Origin: Phycisphaerae bacterium
Lineage (GTDB): Bacteria > Planctomycetota > Phycisphaerae > UBA1845 > Fen-1342
NCBI GenBank assembly: GCA_050115495.1
Contig: JASFQK010000022.1
Location: 1 to 64,000, forward strand
DNA length: 64,000 nucleotides
Direction: 5' to 3'
Made by a program: the position numbers and the translations under genes. The notes under the pieces are model-generated. The model did not search any database, had not been told where the DNA came from, and saw only the letters and a list, made by a program, of their open reading frames with translations. This document shows positions 1-8,494 of the stretch, piece by piece; the first letter of the stretch is position 1, and every line of letters begins with the position of its first letter.

Positions 1-170
1 CGCGTCGTTACTCTCGTGCATCGGCGTACTCCTCTGCCCAGCGTGGGCGGCTCGGAACCAATCTTGATCCCGAGAGTACGCCGCCTTTTTTCATCCCGCC
101 ATCAACGAAATTCGGTTATAGCTCCCAGGGAATTCGCCCCCAGCAGATGCCGTGAGGGGGCCCGTGTTCG

Positions 171-809
171 ATGGACGGTGTCCGTAAGTGGGGTCGTAGC
201 CGAATGAGAACTGGCGTGCGTGTACGCAGGTTGACGACGGGCAGAGTGGTCCGCAGCTTCGGGTGGAGTGTTGTTTCAATCTGCGTGTATCTCGGTGCAT
301 ACCAACTCGTTGGCGCGCCTGTGTCTTTTGGACTCTGTGGCCTGCGGCTGACCACGCGTGCAATCGCCTTGAACGTGACGAGCGCCCCCGTCTACGCGGT
401 CCCTGTCTTCGTGGCAGGAGTAGGGACGGTGGTACTGGTTGTGCACGTTGTTTTTCGCGCCGTTGCTCTCCGGTGCTTTGGTGGAAGTCGACGCCATCTG
501 TGGCGAATGACTCTCAGATGTGTGGATTCGTCGAAGCGCGTTTGGCTGGTCTCTGCAACCTCCGCCAGTCTGTTCTGTGTGACCGCCGCGCCCGAGTGGT
601 GGATAGTCGGTGTTGCTCTGCTCACACTCTACGAAGGGTGCGCCGTGTATGGCTTCATCAGGCGGAGAATGTACGAGCGTGTCAGGAAGATCATGCCGCT
701 GTGCCGTGGTTGCGGATACAACCTGCGCGGATCCACAGGCCGTTGCCCCGAATGCGGTACGCCAATGACGAGGCCGGGAGAGGGGGAGGAAGAACAGCGT
801 GTTCCGTGA
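171..809 (+). CDS. Membrane protein with C-terminal zinc ribbon (CxxCGYNL...CPECG); possible RHS-associated immunity protein
   Basis: Several hydrophobic segments followed by CRGCGYNLRGSTGRCPECG. True start may be ATG 204. Lies directly upstream of an RHS core fragment. Confidence 0.6.
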   Translation: MDGVRKWGRSRMRTGVRVRRLTTGRVVRSFGWSVVSICVYLGAYQLVGAPVSFGLCGLRLTTRAIALNVTSAPVYAVPVFVAGVGTVVLVVHVVFRAVALRCFGGSRRHLWRMTLRCVDSSKRVWLVSATSASLFCVTAAPEWWIVGVALLTLYEGCAVYGFIRRRMYERVRKIMPLCRGCGYNLRGSTGRCPECGTPMTRPGEGEEEQRVP

Positions 810-837
810 CCCGCCCCGCCTTCCTGACGGCGGGCCG

Positions 838-1224
838 GGCAACTGGCGGATCTTCGAGGTTCGCGACGGGAGCAACCAGGCGACGCGGCAGTGAGTCTGG
901 GGGACGCGGTACATCGATGAGCCGCTGTTCATGGACGTGAACGCCGACCCGACGGCGAATGACGACTGCGACCCGGACGCCGGCGTGGACGCCGATCGGC
1001 GGTACTATTACAGCCAGGATCGGAACTGGAACGTCGTGACGCTGTACGAGTCGGACGACGGGTCGGGCACGGCGGGCCGGGTGCGGGAGTACTACGCGTA
1101 TACGCCGTACGGGGAGTTCACGGTCCTCGGCGGCGACGCCGGCAGCGGCCTGCAGATCAGCGCCGGCGGTGTGTCGGGCGTCGGTAACGCCTTGGGAGAA
1201 GGGGACACTCCGCTCTTTCGGTGA
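838..1224 (+). pseudogene. Orphan RHS repeat-associated core fragment
   Basis: Frame 1 reads GNWRIFEVRDGSNQATRQ*VWGTRYIDEPLFMD...RRYYYSQDRNWNVVTL...VREYYAYTPYGEFTVL, which is typical RHS core sequence. In-frame TGA at 892-894; truncated near 1195. Confidence 0.75.
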
Positions 1225-1246
1225 CGAAAAAATAGACTGTCCCCTT
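1199..1246. repeat. Inverted repeat (AAGGGGACA...TGTCCCCTT); REP-like element or terminator
   Basis: Arms at 1199-1207 and 1238-1246. Truncates the RHS fragment and lies just past the purQ stop. Confidence 0.5.
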
Positions 1247-1277
1247 TTCTTGTGGGGATTGGCACTCCGCTGCGCGA

Positions 1278-2264
1278 TCAGGTGAGAAACGCGACGGCGC
1301 GGCGGAAGAGGGCCAGGCCGTCGCCGGCTTCGTCGCCGGGCCGTGCGGTCCAGCACGGATGCTGCGTGCGGGTGACGAAACGCTCGGGATGCGGCATGAG
1401 GCCGAGGACGCGGCCGGTTTCATCGCACAGGCCGGCGATGTCGCCCTCGCTGCCGTTGGGATTGGCCGGGCCTTCGTAGCGGCCGGTCTCCGTGCCGGCC
1501 GTCGAACGCTGTTGAGCATCGGCACTGGTGGGCGAGCCACCTGTGGCACCCGACGAGTCGGCCGTCGAACGTTGCTGAACGCCCGCACTGGTGGGCAAGC
1601 CACCAGTGCCACCCGACTCGCGCGAGCCGCCGGTGACACCGGGTTCCACGTACCGCAGCGCGCGGTGGCCGCCGGCGAGGACGCGATCGAGCCCGGCCGC
1701 GTCGGAGAAGACCACCCGCCCTTCCCCGTGGGCGATCGGCATCTCGTACCTGCGCCCCTGCTTCAGAAACGCGCAGCGCTGCGTGTCGGCGGCGAGCGTC
1801 ACCCAGCGGTCCTGAAAGCCGGGCGGCTCGTTGTACGTGATGGTGCACGTTCTCCGATCCGCCACCTCGCGAACCGGCAGCAGACCGAGTTGCACCAGTA
1901 CCTGAAAACCGTTGCAGATGCCGAGCACGAGCTTGCCGGCGTCGACGAAGCAGGAAATCGCGTCGAGCAGATGGCGACGGAGCTGCGCCGCGAGGATCCG
2001 CCCGGCGGCGATGTCGTCTCCATAGCTGAAACCGCCGGGCAGCGTGAGCACCTGGCATTGATCCAGCAACGCCGGCTCGGCAATGAGTCGGCGGACGTGC
2101 ACGCGCTCGGCCGTCGCTCCGGCCAGCTCCCAGGCGTGCTGAGTCTCCAGGTCGCAATTGGTGCCGGCGGCACGCAAGATCAACACTCGGACAGCGGCCA
2201 ACTGTGCCACTCCTGCGCTGCGGCCGCGGCGATACTCGGCGCCGCCGCCTTGAAACTCACTCAC
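1278..2264 (-). CDS. purQ: Phosphoribosylformylglycinamidine synthase glutaminase subunit, with an internal insertion
   Basis: Motifs RAAGTNCD, LPGGFSYGD, LGICNGFQ, PIAHGEG, NPNGS, GLMPHPER. About 50 aa of repeat-derived insertion precedes NPNGS. Start may be GTG 2210. Confidence 0.95.
   Translation of the reverse strand: MSEFQGGGAEYRRGRSAGVAQLAAVRVLILRAAGTNCDLETQHAWELAGATAERVHVRRLIAEPALLDQCQVLTLPGGFSYGDDIAAGRILAAQLRRHLLDAISCFVDAGKLVLGICNGFQVLVQLGLLPVREVADRRTCTITYNEPPGFQDRWVTLAADTQRCAFLKQGRRYEMPIAHGEGRVVFSDAAGLDRVLAGGHRALRYVEPGVTGGSRESGGTGGLPTSAGVQQRSTADSSGATGGSPTSADAQQRSTAGTETGRYEGPANPNGSEGDIAGLCDETGRVLGLMPHPERFVTRTQHPCWTARPGDEAGDGLALFRRAVAFLT
1476..1617. repeat. Composite REP-like insertion inside purQ (GTAG-palindrome plus two 63-bp units)
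   Basis: GTAGCGGCCGGTCTCCGTGCCGGCCGT at 1476-1502. GCACTGGTGGGC(A/G)AGCCACC(A/T)GTG at about 1522 and 1585. Period 63 bp. Near-identical copies at 17277-17433 and 18961-18989. Confidence 0.8.
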
Positions 2265-2317
2265 CCCGAAGCGAGAATTTACTGGAAGGACCGCAGCTTG
2301 TCTTCCCGGAGGTCAGC

Positions 2318-3553
2318 ATGAAACGCCGCGCCTTGTTCCTGGCCGCCTCGTGTCTGGCCGTCGTCGCCGTCGCCCAGCCGCCGGAGGAGGAGGACACCGA
2401 CGAGCGCCCGTACGCCGCCCTGCAACGGAACGTGCGGAACCTGTTCGAGGCATTCCGCGGGCTGAGCGACTGGGACACGCACCGCGAACTGATGATCGAG
2501 TCGGTCGAGAAAGTGTACGCCCGGAACGGGTGGGACTCCGAGCCGGACATGTTCTCGCTGTCGCTGATTCACGGCGTGAACGAAATCCCGCCGTGGCGGC
2601 CGCAGGAACGGTTCGAGACGCTCATCCAGATCGTCAGCGACCGGTACCTGCTGGACGAACGGCAGGAGGACGTACTGCGCAACACGATGGTCCGCGAGGC
2701 CACGCGGATGTTCATGCGGCATTCCGGGCGGATCGCCCAGTACGCTGGCGAGGCGATTCGCACGCGGGCGGCGGGCGAACCGTTCACGCCCGACCAGGTC
2801 GCCCGCTGGGTAAAGCTGGCCGAGCCGGTGATGGAGGACATGCGCTCGCGGTCCGCGGAGCTGTCGACGGAGTTGATGGCCGAGCTCGATCCGGACCAGC
2901 AGTTGCTGCTCGAAGCCGACATGGCCGCCTTCACGCGGCGGTTGGACGGCATGCAGGAGATGGCACAGCACTGGGCCAACGGTGAGTGGACGCCGGAGGA
3001 CTGGGGGCTGGAGGACGACCCCATCCAACTCGGCCAGCTCCAGCAGCCGCCGGACACGGTGGTGGAAGGGACGGAACAGGCGCCGGCGAACACGGATTTC
3101 GGGCGGCCGCCGCCTCGCGTCGTCGAGCCGCCTCGCCAGCGCCCGGAGCAGGTCGCCGGTGACGATGAAGCGGCCGGCGACAACGACCCGTGGGCGCAGT
3201 ACGTTCGGCGGTTCATCGCCCGCTACCGGCTCAACAACGACCAGCGCTCTCGGGCGTGGAAGATCTACCGCGATGCCCGCACGCGCGGCGACCACTACCG
3301 CCGACGATTCGGCGAGCAGATCGACGCGGCCCGTCGGCGGCTCAGTGTGAGCGACGACGAGGCCGCGCGCGCGCGGCTGCGCAACATCGAGACCCAGATG
3401 CAGGCGTCGCTGGACCGGCTGTTCGAGCAGCTTCGCCGACGGCTCGAACGCATTCCCACGCGTGCCCAGCGGCGTGATGCCGCCCCGGTCCCGCTGGAGG
3501 AGCCGCAGCCGGCGGAGAAGAAGCCGGTCAGCCCGCGTCTGGACGGGCCGTAG
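2318..3553 (+). CDS. Secreted, largely helical hypothetical protein
   Basis: Signal peptide MKRRALFLAASCLAVVAVA with GGAGG upstream of ATG 2318. Recurring L-x-x-x-Q helical motifs (RYLLDERQ, ELDPDQQ, RYRLNNDQ). Confidence 0.75.
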   Translation: MKRRALFLAASCLAVVAVAQPPEEEDTDERPYAALQRNVRNLFEAFRGLSDWDTHRELMIESVEKVYARNGWDSEPDMFSLSLIHGVNEIPPWRPQERFETLIQIVSDRYLLDERQEDVLRNTMVREATRMFMRHSGRIAQYAGEAIRTRAAGEPFTPDQVARWVKLAEPVMEDMRSRSAELSTELMAELDPDQQLLLEADMAAFTRRLDGMQEMAQHWANGEWTPEDWGLEDDPIQLGQLQQPPDTVVEGTEQAPANTDFGRPPPRVVEPPRQRPEQVAGDDEAAGDNDPWAQYVRRFIARYRLNNDQRSRAWKIYRDARTRGDHYRRRFGEQIDAARRRLSVSDDEAARARLRNIETQMQASLDRLFEQLRRRLERIPTRAQRRDAAPVPLEEPQPAEKKPVSPRLDGP

Positions 3554-3645
3554 GATAACTCTGTCGTTCGGCGCGTTGCGGGCAGTTGCCATGCGTCAGA
3601 CAATCAGTAGAATATGGACGTCGGGTGCAAAGCCCGACGACGTCT

Positions 3646-3718
<73 letters not shown>

Positions 3719-3832
3719 TTCTGTAACTCCCGTCGAGAGCGCAACTTGCGCTCACCTATCCCCCAAGAGAATGCGACAGAACAAGGCCAGTGGCGCGGAG
3801 CGCGCTCCGCGCAATGCACGCAGGAGCGCACA

Positions 3833-4105
3833 ATGTCCCGTCCCCCCACCCTCCTACCGGAAACGCCCGATCCACGGCCGTGAAATCACCTTTGTCACCC
3901 CTCGGGCCCCAGAAGCGGGCCGGCGACGGGATTACTGGCTCGGCGACTGCGGCGCCCCCGATTGCCGAGCCGCGTACGCTCGCACCCTCGCTGAGTGGTC
4001 ATCGCGCGGGTGGCAGTTTCCGGACTCTCGCGATCCGCTGCGTCCCGCCGACGGTGTAACGGCCGCGTAGATCGTCGCGGCCGATGGCTTCCCACTGATG
4101 CACGC
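3833..4105 (+). pseudogene. N-terminal remnant of a planctomycete-type tyrosine integrase
   Basis: PSYRKR...FVT...GRRRDYWLG...PDCRAAYARTLAEW...GVTAA*IVAA resembles the PSYR...YLG...AY.RL.AEW N-terminus of planctomycete integrases (recalled from memory). Frameshift in the C-run after ATG 3833, TAG at 4068, and no catalytic domain. Lies immediately downstream of a tRNA. Confidence 0.65.
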
Positions 4106-4143
4106 CAGCCGTCGCGCGGAGCGCTCCGCGCAATGGAGCGCGA

Positions 4144-4172
4144 TTGACACGCCCCGCATGGATCGTCATACT
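4144..4172 (+). promoter_or_regulatory. Sigma70-type promoter of the his operon
   Basis: TTGACA (4144-4149), 17 bp spacer, CATACT (4167-4172), just upstream of the leader ATG. Confidence 0.75.
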
Positions 4173-4181
4173 GGGTTTGTT

Positions 4182-4247
4182 ATGAACTCGTCGCGGATGC
4201 ACCATCATCATCACCATCATCACCACCCGGTGTGCGGGGCTGGATGA
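4182..4247 (+). CDS. hisL: his operon leader peptide MNSSRMHHHHHHHHHPVCGAG
   Basis: Nine consecutive His codons (4200-4226) between a promoter and a terminator upstream of hisG. Too short for the ORF track. Confidence 0.9.
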   Translation: MNSSRMHHHHHHHHHPVCGAG

Positions 4248-4287
4248 TGGTGCGGTCTGACGACGCGGTCGCCTGATTGACACCAAA

Positions 4288-4319
4288 GACGCCGGCCTCG
4301 GGTCGGCGTCGTTCTTTTT
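4288..4319 (+). terminator. Attenuator terminator hairpin
   Basis: GACGCCGGCC-TCG-GGTCGGCGTC stem followed by GTTCTTTTT. Confidence 0.85.
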
Positions 4320-4376
4320 CCCCCCCGAACGACTCGCGCCGCCCCGGGGCCCGCAGAAAGGCCAACGGAGGTTGCA

Positions 4377-5342
4377 GTGGCACGAGCGAACAACACAGCG
4401 GAAATCAGCCAGACCCAAGCGAACCCGCCCGCGGAGAACCGGCCGGTGGCGGAGCACGCGGTCATCCGGCTCGCCCTGCCCAAGGGGCGGATGCAGGAGG
4501 GCGTGCTCGGCCTGCTGGCCGGCGCCGGCATCCGCGTAACGGGCGGGCCGCGGGCCTACCGGCCGAGCGTCTCGCTGGCGGGCTTTTCGGCCAAGGTCCT
4601 CAAGCCCCAAAACATCGTCGAGATGCTGCACGTCCGCTCACGCGACCTGGGCTTCGCCGGGGCGGACTGGGTGGCCGAGCTGGAGGCCGACGCCGTCGAG
4701 CTGCTGGACACCGGCCTCGATCCCGTCCGCTTGGTGGCCGCGGCGCCACGGGGCACGTTCACGGGCGGCTGCGCCGGTGGACCGATCGCAGGCGATGGGC
4801 GGTCGGCGCACCGTCCCCTCGTCGTCGCCTCTGAGTACGAACGGCTCACCCGGCGCTGGATCGAGCGCCGCCGGCTCAACGCCGTGTTCGTCCGCTCGTA
4901 CGGGGCCACGGAGGTTTTCCCGCCCGAGGACGCCGACTGCGTTGTGGACCTGACCGCCACCGGGGCCACGCTCGAAGCCAACGGCCTGGAGATCATCGAT
5001 GAGCTGATGACCTCGTCCACGCGGCTGTATGCCAGCCCCGCCGCTTTGGAGGACGCCGGACGGCGAGAGGCGATCGAACGGTTCGTGCTGCTGCTCCGCT
5101 CGGTGCTGGAGGCTCGGCGGCGGGTCATGCTGGAGGTCAACGTCACCGCCGAGAAGCTCGAAGCGGTCATCGCCGCGCTGCCGTGCATGCGGCAGGCCAC
5201 CATCGCCCCGCTGCACGGTGAGGCCGGCTACGCGGTGAAAGCCGCTGTCCCGCGGAGCGAGCTGCCGCGTGTCATCCCCGAGGTCAAGGCGCGGGGCGGC
5301 AGTGACTTGGTGGTCAGCGACCTCTCGCAGATTGTCCCGTGA
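4377..5342 (+). CDS. hisG: ATP phosphoribosyltransferase (long form)
   Basis: RLALPKGRM, DLGFAGADW, SYGATE, VVDLTATGATLEANGL, plus a C-terminal regulatory domain. GGAGG precedes GTG 4377. Confidence 0.95.
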   Translation: MARANNTAEISQTQANPPAENRPVAEHAVIRLALPKGRMQEGVLGLLAGAGIRVTGGPRAYRPSVSLAGFSAKVLKPQNIVEMLHVRSRDLGFAGADWVAELEADAVELLDTGLDPVRLVAAAPRGTFTGGCAGGPIAGDGRSAHRPLVVASEYERLTRRWIERRRLNAVFVRSYGATEVFPPEDADCVVDLTATGATLEANGLEIIDELMTSSTRLYASPAALEDAGRREAIERFVLLLRSVLEARRRVMLEVNVTAEKLEAVIAALPCMRQATIAPLHGEAGYAVKAAVPRSELPRVIPEVKARGGSDLVVSDLSQIVP

Positions 5343-6538
5343 CCTGGAGGTGTGTAGCCGTGAGCGAAGCACGCGTGAACGAGATATCTGAGCTGACTGC
5401 CGCTGCCGGCGTGGCGGGCGTGGCCCCCTATCGCGCCCCGCAGCCGCAGCCGCACGTCGACCTTCGGCTCGACAGCAACGAGGGCATCATGCCCGACGCC
5501 GGTCTGCTCGGACTGCTGCGCGACGCCGGTGCGGCGGTGCTGCGCGAGTATCCGGCCGCGAGCGAATTGGAGAAGCTGCTGGCCCAGCGGCTGGGTGTTG
5601 AGCCGGCGCAGGTGCTGGTGACCGCCGGGGCGGATGAGGCCCTCGACCGGGTGTGCCGGGCCTACCTCGCGCCCGGCCGGGAGTTGGTCCTGCCGGTGCC
5701 GGCGTTTGAGATGCTGGAGCGGTACGCACGCCTGGCCGGGGCCGGCGTAGTGACCGCGCCCTGGCTGGCGGGTGCGTATCCGCGGGCGGCCGTTCTCGCG
5801 GCGGTCACGCCAAGGACTAGCGCCATCGCCGTGGTCAGCCCGAACAACCCCACCGGCGCCGTCGCGTCCGCGGCCGACCTGGAAGCGTTGTCGTCAGCGG
5901 CGCCACGGGCGTTGCTGATCGTGGACGCCGCCTACACGGAGTTCGCCGACGAGGATCTGACGCCGGTCGCGCTGGGGCTGCCGAACGCCGTCGTCGTGCG
6001 CTCGCTGTCGAAGGCCTGGGGCCTGGCCGGTCTGCGCGTCGGCTACGCCGCCGGTTCGCAGCGGCTCATCGACGCGCTGCGGGCCGCGGGGAGTCCATAC
6101 TCCGTCTCCGGCCCGTCGCTCGCGCTCGCCGCGGCCTGGCTCGAACGAGGGCCGGCCCGGGTGCATCACTTCGTCACCCGCGTTCAGGCCGAGCGCCTCG
6201 CGTTGTCGCGTCTGCTGCGTGAGTTGGACGCCGAGCCGCTGCCCTCGCAGGCGAACTTTGTGCTGGCTCGCTTTCGCTATGCACGCGGCGTGTACGACGG
6301 TCTGGCGGGACTGGGCATCGCGGTGCGGATGTTTCCCGGCCGGCCGGAGCTGGACGGACAGTTGCGTATCACGTGTCCGGGTGACGTCGCGTCATTCGAC
6401 CGATTGACTGCGGCGTTGCGGACGGTGCTGGGCGAGCCGGCGGGCGGTGAACCGGCACCCACAGCGACTGGGTCGAGTCACCCCGACACCGCGTGCCCAC
6501 CGAGAGACAACAGGAACTCCGAGGACCTACTGACATGA
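5339..6538 (+). CDS. hisC: Histidinol-phosphate aminotransferase
   Basis: LDSNE, SPNNPTG, DAAYTEF, RSLSKAWGLAGLRVGY, PSQANFVL. Start may be GTG 5360. Confidence 0.93.
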   Translation: MTWRCVAVSEARVNEISELTAAAGVAGVAPYRAPQPQPHVDLRLDSNEGIMPDAGLLGLLRDAGAAVLREYPAASELEKLLAQRLGVEPAQVLVTAGADEALDRVCRAYLAPGRELVLPVPAFEMLERYARLAGAGVVTAPWLAGAYPRAAVLAAVTPRTSAIAVVSPNNPTGAVASAADLEALSSAAPRALLIVDAAYTEFADEDLTPVALGLPNAVVVRSLSKAWGLAGLRVGYAAGSQRLIDALRAAGSPYSVSGPSLALAAAWLERGPARVHHFVTRVQAERLALSRLLRELDAEPLPSQANFVLARFRYARGVYDGLAGLGIAVRMFPGRPELDGQLRITCPGDVASFDRLTAALRTVLGEPAGGEPAPTATGSSHPDTACPPRDNRNSEDLLT

Positions 6539-7122
6539 CCACTCGAAGTGCCGAGATCAAAAGAGCCACATCGGAGACCGACATTCGCCTCTGCCTGCTC
6601 CTCGACGGAACCGGGCAGGTCGAGGTCGCGACCGGCATCGGTTTTCTGGACCACCTGCTCGCCGCGCTGGCCCGGCACGCCGGCTTCGACCTGGCGCTGA
6701 GCTGCGGAGGCGACCGGCACGTGGACGATCATCACAGCGCTGAGGATTGCGGCCTGGTCCTGGGGTCGGCCATCGATCAGGCGCTGGGCGAGCGTCGCGG
6801 GATCGTGCGTTTCGGTTCCGCCTACGCGCCGCTGGACGAATCGCTGGCCCGCGCGGTCGTTGACCTTTCCGGCAGACCGTTTGCCGCCGTCGACCTGGGC
6901 CTGAGGCGAGAGACCCTGGGTGGACTGGCCTGCGAGAACGTCGGGCACGTGCTGCGTTCGCTGGCGACGACCGCGCGGGCGACGCTGCACGTGGACGTGC
7001 TGCGCGGCGAGAACGATCACCACCGGGCGGAGGCGGCGTTCAAGGCCACGGCCCTGGCGCTTCGCCGGGCGGTGACGCTAACCGGTGCGAACGAGATACC
7101 CAGCACGAAGGAGGTGCTCTGA
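6535..7122 (+). CDS. hisB: Imidazoleglycerol-phosphate dehydratase (monofunctional)
   Basis: RATSETDI, TGIGFLDHLL, DDHHSAED, NDHHRAEAAFKA, PSTK. ATGA overlap with hisC. Confidence 0.95.
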   Translation: MTTRSAEIKRATSETDIRLCLLLDGTGQVEVATGIGFLDHLLAALARHAGFDLALSCGGDRHVDDHHSAEDCGLVLGSAIDQALGERRGIVRFGSAYAPLDESLARAVVDLSGRPFAAVDLGLRRETLGGLACENVGHVLRSLATTARATLHVDVLRGENDHHRAEAAFKATALALRRAVTLTGANEIPSTKEVL

Positions 7123-7745
7123 TGGCCCGACCGGAGGTGATCGTGGTCCGCACGGGCGTCGCGAACGTGGCCTCCGTCGTCGCCGGTCTGCTGCGAGCCG
7201 GCGGCGCACCGCGCCTGACGAGCGACGCTGAAGAGGTGCGCTCTGCCGAGCGCGTCGTGTTGCCGGGCGTGGGCGCGTTCGCGGCCGGGATGAGCTGCCT
7301 GCGTGGTGCCGGGCTTGACACTGCGCTGAAGGACCGCATTGCCGCGGGCCGGGCAACGCTGGCGGTCTGTCTGGGGCTGCAACTGCTGTGTGAGGGCAGC
7401 GAGGAAGACGTGGACGAAGCGGGGCTTGGCGTGCTGCGTGGATGTGCGTCGCGTTTCCCCGAGTCGGTGAGCGTGCCGCAGCTCGGGTGGAACCGCGTCG
7501 AGCCGGATGCCGGCTGCCGCCTGCTGCGGCCGGGTTACGCATACTTCGCCAATTCGTACCGGCTCGCCAATGGGCCGGTCGGCTGGCCGGCGGCCTATGC
7601 CGAGCACGGCGGCCGGTTCGTCGCCGCCGTCGAGACCGACTGCGTGCTGGCCTGCCAGTTTCACCCGGAGTTGTCGGGAACGTGGGGCACGGAGCTGCTG
7701 GGCCGCTGGCTCGCCGGCAGCGGGCGGGGAGGTGAGCGATGCTGA
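7122..7745 (+). CDS. hisH: Imidazole glycerol phosphate synthase, glutaminase subunit
   Basis: VLPGVGAF, VCLGLQLL, PQLGWN, YFANSY, CQFHPE. Confidence 0.95.
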   Translation: MARPEVIVVRTGVANVASVVAGLLRAGGAPRLTSDAEEVRSAERVVLPGVGAFAAGMSCLRGAGLDTALKDRIAAGRATLAVCLGLQLLCEGSEEDVDEAGLGVLRGCASRFPESVSVPQLGWNRVEPDAGCRLLRPGYAYFANSYRLANGPVGWPAAYAEHGGRFVAAVETDCVLACQFHPELSGTWGTELLGRWLAGSGRGGERC

Positions 7746-8494
7746 CCGTGCGGATCATCCCCTGTCTCGATGTGAGCGATGGCCGGGTGGTCAAGGGCGT
7801 TCGCTTCGATCGGCTCCGTGACGTCGGCTCACCTGCGGACCTCGCCGGTCGCTACGAGCGGCAAGGCGCCGACGAGATCGTTCTCCTGGACGTGAGTGCC
7901 ACGCCACAAACGCGGTCAACGTGCCTGGAGACGGTCCGACAAGTTCGCGAGCGATTGGCCATTCCCTTGACCGTGGGCGGCGGCGTGCGATCGGTGGCGG
8001 ACGCGGCTGCGCTGCTCGAAGCGGGTGCCGACCGCGTGGCCATCAATACGGCTGCGGTGCGGCAACCTGAGCTGATCGGCGAGATGGCAGCCCGCTTCGG
8101 CCGGCAGTGCATTGTCGTATCACTGGATGCGGCGCGGTCCACACAAGACGGTTGGGAAGTTCTCGTTTGCAGCGGACGCGAGCGAACAGGTATCGACGCG
8201 ATCGACTGGGCCCGGAACGCTCAGTCACAGGGCGCTGGTGAGATTCTGCTGACGAGCTGGGACCGCGACGGGACGCAGGCCGGATACGACCTCGAACTCC
8301 TCGCGGCCGCTTCGGCGGCGCTCTCGGTGCCGATCATCGCCTCCGGCGGCGCGGCAGGGACTGGCCACCTGCTGGCTGCGGTCCGCGCGGGTGCCGACGC
8401 GGTCCTGGCGGCGTCCATCTTCCATGACGAACGCCTCATGGTGTCCGACGTGAAGGCAGTGTTGAGGGACTCGGGTGTGGAGGTGCGATTGTGA
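7739..8494 (+). CDS. hisF: Imidazole glycerol phosphate synthase, cyclase subunit
   Basis: RIIPCLDV, VVKGVRF, LTVGGGVR, GEILLTSWDRDGT, IIASGGA, LAASIFH. Confidence 0.96.
   Translation: MLTVRIIPCLDVSDGRVVKGVRFDRLRDVGSPADLAGRYERQGADEIVLLDVSATPQTRSTCLETVRQVRERLAIPLTVGGGVRSVADAAALLEAGADRVAINTAAVRQPELIGEMAARFGRQCIVVSLDAARSTQDGWEVLVCSGRERTGIDAIDWARNAQSQGAGEILLTSWDRDGTQAGYDLELLAAASAALSVPIIASGGAAGTGHLLAAVRAGADAVLAASIFHDERLMVSDVKAVLRDSGVEVRL

Noticed and set aside
892..894. In-frame TGA as stop-codon recoding or selenocysteine
   Set aside because: TGA terminates many intact genes in this window, and the RHS fragment is truncated at both ends anyway.
1496..1617. Possible mini-CRISPR (repeats 63 bp apart)
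   Set aside because: Only two units, the intervening sequences are similar to each other, it lies inside a CDS, and there are no cas genes.
4200..4226. Poly-His run as a cloning tag or microsatellite
   Set aside because: Mixed CAC/CAT codons between a promoter and a terminator upstream of hisG fit an attenuator leader.
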